64,000 nt of DNA from an uncultured Oligoflexia bacterium (lineage in GTDB: Bacteria > Bdellovibrionota > UBA1018 > CAYHWW01): contig CAYYYP010000014.1 in the NCBI GenBank assembly GCA_964475985.1, positions 5,686-69,685 on the forward strand, in the 5' to 3' direction. The position numbers and the translations under genes are program-made. The notes under the pieces were generated by a model. The model searched no databases and was not told the DNA's origin. It saw only the letters and a program-made list of their open reading frames with translations. Every line of letters starts with the position of its first letter. The first letter of the stretch is position 1. Shown piece after piece: positions 49,408 through 58,414 of the stretch.

Positions 49408-49679
49408 ATCCCCCGCTAACTGGATTTCTTGTATGTGCTTCGTAAGGTCCTAGCAACCCGTGAGTTAAACGTTAAAAGAATTAATACGGTTTGACCTCTC
49501 ACGAAAAACTTTAAGTTGCGTCCGTCATTAACGTGGAATTAAATGACCCGGCATGTTATCAGCTGGGCACCAATTTAAGGAGCCATCCGCCGTATGAGTT
49601 GTCCCAAATTTAACCTACTTACTGGGTTTAAATTGATCCCATGCTCCGCCTTATTTCGGCTATCCCTCGGTGAGAGTAC

Positions 49680-50423
49680 GTGGTTATGATTCATTTCGAA
49701 AACGTCACCAAACAATTTCCCGATGGCACCAAAGCCATCAGCGACTTTGATTTTAAAGTTGGCCAAGGCGAGTTTATTTCCATCATTGGCCGAAGTGGCG
49801 CCGGCAAATCTACTTTATTGCGCCTTATTAATGCGACCATCCTACCTAGTCAGGGCCAGGTTCATGTTTTGGGGCACCACCTCAGGAATCGTGAATCTAA
49901 ACATGAGGTCCGTTTGGTTCGCCGAGAAGTGGGCTTCATTTTCCAACAATTTAACCTTATTAAAACCCATTCCGTACTTTCTAACGTACTCATGGGCCGC
50001 CTAGGGTACACGGGGACACTCCGTGGCCTTTTTGGAATTTTTACGGACGAAGAAAAGGAAACTGCCGCCTCTGTACTAAAAGAAGTTGGCCTTAAAGACC
50101 AAATTTTAAAACGGGTAGACCAGCTTTCGGGTGGCCAGCAACAGCGAGTGGCCATCGCGCGTGCCATCGTGCAGAATCCTAAAATCATTCTCGCCGATGA
50201 ACCCATGGCTTCCTTGGATCCTAGGCTTTCTGAGGTCGTTCTCGATCTGCTTTATAAATTCAATCAGGAACGTAACATTACGGTTCTCGTGAACGTGCAC
50301 GTGCTTGAGCTAGCAAGGCGCCGAGCGACCCGAATTATTGGCCTAAACAAAGGCCATCTCGTATTTGACGGCAGTGCCAACCAATTGACGGAAGAACAGG
50401 TGAGTCACGTTTATGCCGACTAA
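49680..50423 (+). CDS. phnC: phosphonate/phosphite ABC transporter ATP-binding protein
   Basis: GTG start. Walker A GRSGAGKSTLL. PhnC-specific MGRLGYTGTLRGLFG region. LSGGQQQRVAIARA. Confidence 0.8.
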   Translation: MVMIHFENVTKQFPDGTKAISDFDFKVGQGEFISIIGRSGAGKSTLLRLINATILPSQGQVHVLGHHLRNRESKHEVRLVRREVGFIFQQFNLIKTHSVLSNVLMGRLGYTGTLRGLFGIFTDEEKETAASVLKEVGLKDQILKRVDQLSGGQQQRVAIARAIVQNPKIILADEPMASLDPRLSEVVLDLLYKFNQERNITVLVNVHVLELARRRATRIIGLNKGHLVFDGSANQLTEEQVSHVYAD

Positions 50424-51186
50424 AAAACAATTTAAAAACATCTTTAACCTTACTTTAGTCGCCATACTTCTTGTGGCGTTTTATTTTTCCTTCCAGGCCG
50501 TGGAGTTCAGCTTCTCAAAACTCATTGATGGCGGCCCTTTCATGCTGGATTTTTTAAGGCGAATGTACCCGCCAAATTTTGGCGTTTTAGATAAAGTTTT
50601 TCAGCAGGTTTTAGTCACTATCGAACTCGCCTTTGTCAGCACCACCATCGCCATGATTCTTTCCATTCCCTTGGGATTTCTTGCCGCGAATAATGTCATG
50701 CACAATAAGATTGTGGTGCAGGTCGTTCGCTTTTTCCTGAATGCCGACCGAGCCATCGATGCCCTTATTTTAGCCCTGTTTTTTGTTTCGGCCGTGGGAC
50801 TTGGCCCGTTTCCGGGCACCCTTGCCCTCTCCATCCACTCCGTCGGAATGCTCGCCCAAATGATGTATCAGGTGATTGAGTCCGTGGATAAAAAACCCAT
50901 TGAGGCCATCGAATCCGTGGGAGCCGGGCACTTAAATGTCATCCGCTGGGGAATTCTACCGCAAGTACTCCCGTACTTTCTCTCTTACTATTTATTGCGG
51001 TTTGAACTCAATATTCGTGCGGCCGTGGTTTTAGGTATCGTGGGCGCGGGCGGAATTGGGTTTCTTTTGCAATCCTATATGCGCCTTTTTCAGTACCAGA
51101 ACGTCTGTACCGTCGTATTGACCATTCTGATCCTCGTTATGGCCATTGATTTTCTCTCGTCGAAATTACGCGCGAAATTAGTCTAG
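50413..51186 (+). CDS. phnE: phosphonate ABC transporter permease
   Basis: Polytopic 257-aa permease, overlaps the phnC stop. Size and EAA-like loop consistent with PhnE. Confidence 0.7.
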   Translation: MPTKKQFKNIFNLTLVAILLVAFYFSFQAVEFSFSKLIDGGPFMLDFLRRMYPPNFGVLDKVFQQVLVTIELAFVSTTIAMILSIPLGFLAANNVMHNKIVVQVVRFFLNADRAIDALILALFFVSAVGLGPFPGTLALSIHSVGMLAQMMYQVIESVDKKPIEAIESVGAGHLNVIRWGILPQVLPYFLSYYLLRFELNIRAAVVLGIVGAGGIGFLLQSYMRLFQYQNVCTVVLTILILVMAIDFLSSKLRAKLV

Positions 51187-51239
51187 ACCCTGTATGGTCG
51201 GCTTAATTCAAAGATCTATATCCTTATAATTGAGGTGGC

Positions 51240-52139
51240 TTGTTCATGAGTTTTAGAAGAATTTCCCCGCTTTTAGTGTGCCTTTCTATTCTATTTGCCT
51301 TCGCCGGATGTTCAAAACGGGAGGCCTCCACTGAATTGGTCATCGGTTTTAACCCCGTGGAGAACGTAGATGCAGTGGAAGCCAATGGAATAGAACTCGC
51401 AAAAATCCTTAAGAGTAAGACTGGCCTTGATCTGAAAACTTTCGTGGCGAGCGACTTTGGGGCTCTTATTGAAGCTCTTAGGGCAGGCAGGATCCATTTT
51501 GCGTTCCTTCCACCCTTCAGTTTAGTTCAAGGCGAAAAAGTGGCCGGAGCTAAAATCCTTTTAAAAGCCGTGCGTAAGGGAAGGGCTCATTTCTTCAGCG
51601 CCATCATAACCACAAAGAACTTCAAAACCATCCAAGAGCTCAAGGGTAAAACCATCGCTTGGACGGACCCTTCCAGTGCCTCTGGCCATATCATGGCTAA
51701 AAGCGCGCTCATGGATATGGGAATTGACCCCGATACCTTTTTTAGCAAGCAGGTTTTTGCGGGGGCCCATGACGCGTTGGTGCTTTCCGTCATCAATAAG
51801 ACCGTCGACGCCGGAGCAACCTTCTGCGACGATGAAAAGGGCCTTACGGGCGCCTGGCAACAGTTCGTAAAGGATCCAGAGCAAACAAAAAATATTCATA
51901 CCTTACTAGTCAGCAAACCCATTCCGGGTGATACGCTTTCCACGTCAAATAAATTTTATTTAGAACATAGGGACGTAGTGGATAAAGTTGTAAGCGTTAT
52001 GCTTGAGTTGGGCAATAGCCCAGAAGGCAAAAAAGTGCTGAAAGACCTTTATCATATCGATTCCATGGTACCTGCCAAATCCGAGGAATATGAGCCTATA
52101 CGCGAAGCCGCACGGCGTCTTAAAATCGGCGACGTTTAA
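51240..52139 (+). CDS. phnD: phosphonate ABC transporter substrate-binding lipoprotein
   Basis: Lipobox LFAFAGCSK. PhnD-like periplasmic binding fold, about 300 aa. Confidence 0.7.
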   Translation: MFMSFRRISPLLVCLSILFAFAGCSKREASTELVIGFNPVENVDAVEANGIELAKILKSKTGLDLKTFVASDFGALIEALRAGRIHFAFLPPFSLVQGEKVAGAKILLKAVRKGRAHFFSAIITTKNFKTIQELKGKTIAWTDPSSASGHIMAKSALMDMGIDPDTFFSKQVFAGAHDALVLSVINKTVDAGATFCDDEKGLTGAWQQFVKDPEQTKNIHTLLVSKPIPGDTLSTSNKFYLEHRDVVDKVVSVMLELGNSPEGKKVLKDLYHIDSMVPAKSEEYEPIREAARRLKIGDV

Positions 52140-52219
52140 TTCAAATTTCTTCATTTAATTCTGTAAGCCCAGACCCCGTTGTGATAGACTCCTGCTGTCA
52201 ATTTTAAATCGAGGTTTGA

Positions 52220-53821
52220 ATGATTTGCTGTCATCCATGCTCTGCAGATAGAATATCGCGTCTTAAACGAGATCTATTTATAAGATGGATGATTTTTTTC
52301 TTCGTTTTGGCGGCCTTCCTGGGTGGACAGCCAAGCTATGCAGACCCAACCGACGACGATGCTCCGGAAATTACAGAACGCGGAGTGGAGGATGTGGAAC
52401 TTCCTCCAGCAAGTGATGAAGATGGCGTAAATCCTACCGCACTGACTCCTGAAGGCACGGTTTTTCGAGATACTAATCCTGGACCAACGGAGGCATCGAC
52501 TCCGTCGGCTCTTGATATTGAACTTCCGGTTGCTTCCCCTGAAACCACGGCACATGCCGCGGATCAATTTATCGCTAACCAAGGTGAGATTATCGCTCAG
52601 ATTTTCCAAATGCATCGATCATTGCAGGTGCACCTTGCTGAACAGCAACGCCTACTTGGGGACAAACAATTCCGCAAAGATGTTTTGGCTGGCAAGAAAG
52701 ATCATCTTAGAGTCCATGATGAAACTATAGGTTGGGCCGAGCCCACTACCATCGATGAAATTATGATTACCCGAGTCGTGCATAGCGGCACCGGCATCGC
52801 ATTTCTCATCATTGATGAAAGAGTCAACACGACGTCAGATCACTTCCGCCAATATGTTGCGCGTCTACATCAAGAATCCAACCGAACCGGTCGGCATGTC
52901 ATGATCATAAAAACCAATGCGAACGGGCATAGCCTTGAATACAGTCCAATGCCTAGAATGAATACGGCGCAGTGGTGGCGGGAATTTTATGATGCCGTTA
53001 CCGTAAGGCCTACGGCAGGGCATATCAAAGTAGCTATGCTTTCGGCAGGCGCCCAGGTGGCGGTTGCACTTAGCGTAAGTAAGCTTCAGGTTTTGCTATC
53101 TGCAAACCCGCACGGTTCCATAGATTTAAGACCCGCAATACTGTCGGGAATTTTTGGAACGGTAATGGGGATTTTCGTAGGCACCTGGAAAAATTATGCG
53201 GGCAGGGGCAGCAACTTTGAAATTACCATTAAGAATTCAGCGATTAGTACCGCATTTGCTTACATACTTCATGCATGGACCCACCACGGACTTGCAAGCT
53301 TAAGTATTATGGATGCAACGGGTTTGCTGGCAAATGCGTCACTTATAACCAATGTTTACGTAAACAACTACACCAAGACGTTTTGGAGCGAACTCTCTAG
53401 GATTCGTGAAAACATGGGCGCCAATCGCGGTACAATCTGGGGCCTTCCCCGGACTGCACTGGAGTATCAGCTTATTTATCTCGCTCCGTTCACTCTAAAA
53501 ATCCTAGATCTCGTTCAATTCAACGTACATGTTCCCTTGCTCGGTACCCTGCCTCTGGGAAAATTAGTTTTTTTGAGTTCAGCCTTTTGGGTGCAAAAAC
53601 TAGTCGTAAATTACGCAGTCAGAAATAAGTATGAGCGCGCCGCAGAACGACAAAGAGAGTGGGAAGATTTTATTTCGGGGCGCGCCTTACTAAACTCCAT
53701 GCGAGAATATGTATCGTTGACTCGCAGCGCGATAAACCGAGCCGGGCAGACCTTAAGCACGGTCAAACAAAGTTGTTCTGAGTTCCTCACAGGTATACAA
53801 GGCCCCAGAATTGGTGAATAA
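52220..53821 (+). CDS. hypothetical membrane protein with acidic/Pro-rich N-terminal region
   Basis: Possible internal start at MIFFFVLAAFLGGQPSYA (signal peptide). C-terminal half has multiple hydrophobic helices. Confidence 0.35.
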   Translation: MICCHPCSADRISRLKRDLFIRWMIFFFVLAAFLGGQPSYADPTDDDAPEITERGVEDVELPPASDEDGVNPTALTPEGTVFRDTNPGPTEASTPSALDIELPVASPETTAHAADQFIANQGEIIAQIFQMHRSLQVHLAEQQRLLGDKQFRKDVLAGKKDHLRVHDETIGWAEPTTIDEIMITRVVHSGTGIAFLIIDERVNTTSDHFRQYVARLHQESNRTGRHVMIIKTNANGHSLEYSPMPRMNTAQWWREFYDAVTVRPTAGHIKVAMLSAGAQVAVALSVSKLQVLLSANPHGSIDLRPAILSGIFGTVMGIFVGTWKNYAGRGSNFEITIKNSAISTAFAYILHAWTHHGLASLSIMDATGLLANASLITNVYVNNYTKTFWSELSRIRENMGANRGTIWGLPRTALEYQLIYLAPFTLKILDLVQFNVHVPLLGTLPLGKLVFLSSAFWVQKLVVNYAVRNKYERAAERQREWEDFISGRALLNSMREYVSLTRSAINRAGQTLSTVKQSCSEFLTGIQGPRIGE

Positions 53822-53841
53822 AAGTTTTATCAAATAAAAAA

Positions 53842-53883
53842 GGCAGGGAGCCCTTTGCCTACTTACGCAAAGGATTCCCTGCC
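53842..53883. terminator. bidirectional rho-independent terminator between the convergent hypothetical and flagellin genes
   Basis: Nested stem ggcaggga-cctttgc...gcaaagg-tccctgcc. Flanked by A6 on the plus side (a T tract for the minus-strand flagellin transcript) and aaatttt on the other side. Confidence 0.55.
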
Positions 53884-53918
53884 AAATTTTCATTCACGGT
53901 TTAAGTGAAGGTTTAAGC

Positions 53919-54758
53919 TTAGCCGCCTTCGAGAAGGCGCAAAGCCATTTTGTTGATCACATTCGCTTGAGCAAGCACTGCGGTTCCAGATTGCATCAAG
54001 ATGGACTGTCTCGTCATCTCAGAGCTTTCCGAAGCAATGTCCGTATCGCGGATACGGCTATTGGCAGCGGCTAAGTTCTCATCGCTGATCGCCAAGTTGT
54101 TAATGGTTGATTGGAGCCTGTTTTGCAGAGCACCCAAGTCAGCGCGCACTGAGTTGACGTGAATCAAAGAGTCGTCGATGACGCTCAAAGTCGTTTGGGC
54201 GCCAAGCTTTGTTGCGATGGATTCGCCACCAAGCTTAAGGGCCGCCAAAGTTACGTTCGCAGATTCACCATTATAAACCACGCGGTCTAGAATAGGGTTG
54301 TTGCGCACGCCGACCTGAACTTCAATGATTCCGGCTCTTCCGTTAAGGAGAGGGGTTCCATTGAATTCCGTTGCGTTAGCGATACGATCGATTTCGTCTT
54401 TAAGACTCTGAAACTCTCGGTCCGTGAACTTACGTTCTACTTCACCGACGGTGTCAGAAGCCGCTTGCACTGACAGTTCTCTAAGACGAATCAATATATT
54501 GCCGATTTCGTTAAGACCGCCTTCAGAAACTTGAATCAAGCTTACGCCATCCATCGCATTTCGTTTTGCCTGTCTCATGCCCCTTAATTGGGCAATCAAA
54601 TTTTCAGAGATCGCGAGACCTGCGGCGTCATCACCGGCGTGATTGATCCTTGATCCCGAAGACAATCGCTCTAAGCTCTTGTCCAAATTAGCTCGTGTTC
54701 CACTGAGATACCTCTGCGCTCCGAGGGCAGATGTGTTTGTCGATATTCTAAATCCCAT
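53919..54758 (-). CDS. fliC: flagellin
   Basis: N-terminus MGFRISTNTSALGAQRYL...LSSGSRINHAGDDAAGLAISE and C-terminal LSQANVINKMALRLL are conserved flagellin D0/D1 segments, 279 aa. Confidence 0.92.
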   Translation of the reverse strand: MGFRISTNTSALGAQRYLSGTRANLDKSLERLSSGSRINHAGDDAAGLAISENLIAQLRGMRQAKRNAMDGVSLIQVSEGGLNEIGNILIRLRELSVQAASDTVGEVERKFTDREFQSLKDEIDRIANATEFNGTPLLNGRAGIIEVQVGVRNNPILDRVVYNGESANVTLAALKLGGESIATKLGAQTTLSVIDDSLIHVNSVRADLGALQNRLQSTINNLAISDENLAAANSRIRDTDIASESSEMTRQSILMQSGTAVLAQANVINKMALRLLEGG

Positions 54759-55085
54759 GATTTAGCCTCCGTTCTTCGCTCGATCCTCCATAATGTGGGC
54801 CACCGTATCCATACGGTGGCAGGGCATCCATGTCCTTTTGTTAATGGTTAATATTATATCTTCATCACTTAACGATTCTTTAACCGACCCTCGCAATCCT
54901 TGCGTGGTTCGGCCCTTCGTCTTCGTAAGTGCCAACACTTCTTTGTCTTGGGTTTTTTGGCGACTCCAAACCGCTGAAGTATCGATGTTCACAGGAAACA
55001 GACCAGGCCTTCGCCTGCTCGTACTAAACTTTTAAAATTGTGTGTTAATTATTCATTTGTTCTTTCATCCATGATTCCCCCAAAC

Positions 55086-55931
55086 TTAGCCCGTTCCCTT
55101 GAGCAGGGTGAGCGCGCTCTGAACCGAAGCATTCGCCTGGGACAGAACTGCCGTACCTGCTTGCATGAGAATGTTGTTCTTGGTGAGCTCCGCCGTCTCG
55201 GCCGCAATATCCGTATCGCGAATCCGGGAGTTGGCGGCACTAAGGTTCTCGATGCCGATGGCTATGTTATTGATCACTGACTGGAGGCGATTCTGCATCG
55301 CACCGAAATCAGCCCTGATTGAAGAAACTTGAACAATGGCATTATCAATGGCGCCGAGCGCGTTCTGCGCACCCGTTTTGTCACTGATGCTAGTAAGGTT
55401 AAGTCCTAAAGCGACGACATTGACGTCAGCGCTTGAGGTGTCAAAAAATGTGATGCGGTCGATGTTCGGATTGTTGCGAGTGCCGACCTGAATGTCGAAG
55501 GCCGAAGCGCTTCCATTCAAGAGCGGAACCTTATTGTATTCCGTTGCGTTGGCAATCCGATCCGTTTCATTGAGCAAAGCTTCGAATTCCACCTGCATGA
55601 ACTTACGCTCCGTGGGTCCCACGGTATCGGAAGCCGCCTGCACCGAAAGTTCGCGAAGCCTAATGAGGATGTTGGATACTTCTTGTAATCCACCTTCTGC
55701 CACCTGCACTAAGCTCACTCCATCGAGTGCGTTTCGCTCAGCCTGGGACATTCCCCGAATCTGCGCCCTTAAGTTCTCTGAGATGGCTAACCCGGCTGCA
55801 TCATCACCGGCTCGGTTGATGCGGTAACCTGAGGATAGTTTTTCGAGACTCTTATCTAGGTTCGCACGAGTAAACCGCAAATTCCTCTGCGAGTTTATCG
55901 ATGCAATGTTGGTATTAATACGCAGACCCAT
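55086..55931 (-). CDS. fliC: flagellin (second tandem copy)
   Basis: Start at the internal ATG at 55931, giving MGLRINTNIASINSQRNL...LSSGYRINRAGDDAAGLAISE. C-terminal conserved D0 segment. Confidence 0.9.
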   Translation of the reverse strand: MGLRINTNIASINSQRNLRFTRANLDKSLEKLSSGYRINRAGDDAAGLAISENLRAQIRGMSQAERNALDGVSLVQVAEGGLQEVSNILIRLRELSVQAASDTVGPTERKFMQVEFEALLNETDRIANATEYNKVPLLNGSASAFDIQVGTRNNPNIDRITFFDTSSADVNVVALGLNLTSISDKTGAQNALGAIDNAIVQVSSIRADFGAMQNRLQSVINNIAIGIENLSAANSRIRDTDIAAETAELTKNNILMQAGTAVLSQANASVQSALTLLKGTG

Positions 55932-55986
55932 GATTCCTCCATAAAACTTCTTCCTGAAGTGCAGCGTTCCTTGCCACACAAACTTC

Positions 55987-56013
55987 CTATCGGAGGCAAA
56001 TTTAGAATGTTTA
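55987..56013 (-). promoter_or_regulatory. candidate sigma-28 (FliA) promoter TAAA-N15-tCCGATAg for the upstream flagellin
   Basis: On the minus strand: TAAA (56013-56010), then 15 nt, then TCCGATAG (55994-55987). About 55 nt upstream of the 55931 start. Confidence 0.4.
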
Positions 56014-56159
56014 GTAAAAAACACGCGTCACTTAAGACACGGCAAAAAGCTCCCGGCCAAATTTGCCGCTCAGCGCTATAAGTGCATTTAAAAGCTCATG
56101 GCGCCTAATTTCGAAAACGCAGTGGACGGGAAGCTCGAAAAAAACGCACAATTTTACTC

Positions 56160-57050
56160 ATGGAACCTAAAATTCGTTTAGAACTGGGCGCATTTTTAAA
56201 CGAAAGTTTTGACTACGCTGGCTCAAACGAGTCTTATTTAGAAGATTTTGCCCCGCTTTTTCATGGCGAAGACGCCATTTGGCAGGTGGAGCGGGACGAA
56301 ACCCAGAAAATCACCGCCACGGGAGCACTGTATAAGGTAGAGGTCCAAACATTTTCGGGAGCTAAGCTGAAACTTGGCCTTTTAGGTGGCATTGCCACAT
56401 CACCACGTGCTCGTGGCCAGGGGCTAGCTACGAAAGTTATTTCGACTCTGGTGGAAAAAGCTCACGCATTGAACTGCGAGGCCGCCGTACTGTGGAGTCA
56501 ACGAGAAGATTTTTATTCTAAGCTCGGATTTTCTCCCTACGGCGCCCAAAACTTATTATACGTGGAGCTGGGACCAACTTCGGAGAAGGACTTACTCCAT
56601 GAAAAAAAGTTTTCCTTTGAAGAGGTCAGGCTCGCCGAACCAAATAATTTAGTTTTCGTAAAAAAACTCCATCAAGAATTTCTACATGCTGGCGTCCTAC
56701 GCACGAAGAATCACTGGGAAGGAATCGCAGGCATTTCTAGTTGCAGAGTTTATGTGGCATTTGATCTAAACCGAGCCCCACTGGCGTACATTGTTCATTC
56801 GCGAGGTAAAGATATGGCGGGTATTGTCCATGAATGGGGCGGGGCTAAAGATTTGGTTCTAATGCTTATGCGAAATTTTGCGCCTCAACCTCTTTCTATT
56901 TTAAGTACACCAAGGCTTAACAACCTCCTGATCGATGGACTCAAAGTAGTTCATGAGGATCAACTACCGCTTTGCCTCATCAAATGGCTTCTCCCAAAGG
57001 CTGATCATCACAAGCCAGACCTTTGGTTTTGGGGTTTAGACTCCCTTTAA
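56160..57050 (+). CDS. GNAT-family acetyltransferase with C-terminal extension
   Basis: Acetyl-CoA binding motif RARGQGLATKVI in the N-terminal ~150 aa. Confidence 0.5.
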   Translation: MEPKIRLELGAFLNESFDYAGSNESYLEDFAPLFHGEDAIWQVERDETQKITATGALYKVEVQTFSGAKLKLGLLGGIATSPRARGQGLATKVISTLVEKAHALNCEAAVLWSQREDFYSKLGFSPYGAQNLLYVELGPTSEKDLLHEKKFSFEEVRLAEPNNLVFVKKLHQEFLHAGVLRTKNHWEGIAGISSCRVYVAFDLNRAPLAYIVHSRGKDMAGIVHEWGGAKDLVLMLMRNFAPQPLSILSTPRLNNLLIDGLKVVHEDQLPLCLIKWLLPKADHHKPDLWFWGLDSL

Positions 57051-57115
57051 GTTTACGGCAATAGTGACTACCCTAGCCATGCCAGAAGTTGAAATTTTGG
57101 CTAGCCCTTTGAACT

Positions 57116-58414
57116 ATGAGAAAAATCGGGCTCTCCGCACAAATCATTTTGGGAATGTTCATCGGGATATTCACGGGGCTTATCCTTAGGGAAAAAGCTG
57201 CTCCTTTAGGCGAGATCGGTAAACTCCTCATTCAAATCATCAAAGTGGTGGCAGGCCCGCTACTTTTTTTCACCATTATAAAATCCATCCAAGAAGCCCA
57301 TATTCCCCTACGCGCGGGCGGTAGGCTTTTTGCCATCATTATTATCAATGTCTCCGCGGCACTTTGCATTGCACTTTTCATGACGAATGTATTTCAGCCG
57401 GGCGCACAGCTTGCGGAGATCACTAAGACCCTATCGCCAAGCACCGAAAATGGAATAAGCCCGCTAGGTTTTCAGAAACTCTCTTTTGCTAAAGTCGTGG
57501 CGAATTTTTTTCCATCGAGTATCGCGCAACCATTTGTAGATAACAACATCATGGGTTTGGTATTTTTAGCGGTGTTACTGGGCTTTGCCTTAAGGGCGCA
57601 AACCACTGAGGGGTTGAGGCTGCAGACGGCGAATGTTCTTGGTGTCATTGCTTCAACCTTTGAAAAAACTTTAGCCTGGATCGTAAAGTTTGCGCCGCTT
57701 GCGGTATTTGGGGTTGTAGCTAAGGCCGTGGGTGAACACGGTTTTGCTCCATTCCTGGGCCTAGCCTCCTACGTTGCCGTGGGGTTATGCGCCCTCACTC
57801 TACAAATGGTATTAGTTTATTTTCCTTGGATCGCATTTTATTCCAAACATAAACTTAGAACTTTTTTGCGCGAATCTAAGGAAGCTCTGGTTTATTCCAT
57901 CGGCGCCAACAGCAGCCTAGCTACCCTGCCCCTTACCCTACAAACCTTAAAACGACTGAAGGTTTCGGAATCTGCTTCCACACTAGGTGCGTGCGTCGCG
58001 ACTAACTTTAACAACGACGGCATCGTACTTTACGAAGCGTTGGCAGCCATCTTTGTGGCGCAGGCCCATGGTATACATTTGGACCTAGCCCAGCAGCTCA
58101 CAGTGGTTGGCGCCAGTCTGGTCGCTGCCTTGGGCATCGCCGGCGTACCGGAAGCGGGATTTATTTCGCTTTCCATCGTACTCACAACGGTTGGACTACC
58201 CACGGAACTTTTGCCCTTGCTGCTCACGGTGGATTGGATTTTAGCGAGAGCAAGATCCGTAGTGAATGTAGCGGCTGATCTCACCAACTCCGTGATCTTA
58301 GATACTTGGATGCAAAACGAAAAAACAGTCCTTACTTCCAGCGCCGAAAATACAGACCAAGTAGACCCCCCAGTGCCAGGGCCAAAAACAACAATCCGTG
58401 CAGCGTATAATTAA
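57116..58414 (+). CDS. dicarboxylate/amino-acid:cation symporter (DAACS, GltP/DctA family)
   Basis: Polytopic 432-aa protein with DAACS-type hairpin and conserved regions (SSSLATLP, FNNDG-like). Confidence 0.75.
   Translation: MRKIGLSAQIILGMFIGIFTGLILREKAAPLGEIGKLLIQIIKVVAGPLLFFTIIKSIQEAHIPLRAGGRLFAIIIINVSAALCIALFMTNVFQPGAQLAEITKTLSPSTENGISPLGFQKLSFAKVVANFFPSSIAQPFVDNNIMGLVFLAVLLGFALRAQTTEGLRLQTANVLGVIASTFEKTLAWIVKFAPLAVFGVVAKAVGEHGFAPFLGLASYVAVGLCALTLQMVLVYFPWIAFYSKHKLRTFLRESKEALVYSIGANSSLATLPLTLQTLKRLKVSESASTLGACVATNFNNDGIVLYEALAAIFVAQAHGIHLDLAQQLTVVGASLVAALGIAGVPEAGFISLSIVLTTVGLPTELLPLLLTVDWILARARSVVNVAADLTNSVILDTWMQNEKTVLTSSAENTDQVDPPVPGPKTTIRAAYN

Noticed and set aside
54762-54992. 76-aa ORF between the two flagellin genes on the same strand.
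   Set aside because: It overlaps the downstream flagellin's RBS and leader hairpin, ends 4 nt from its start codon, and has no motif. It is more likely the untranslated leader.
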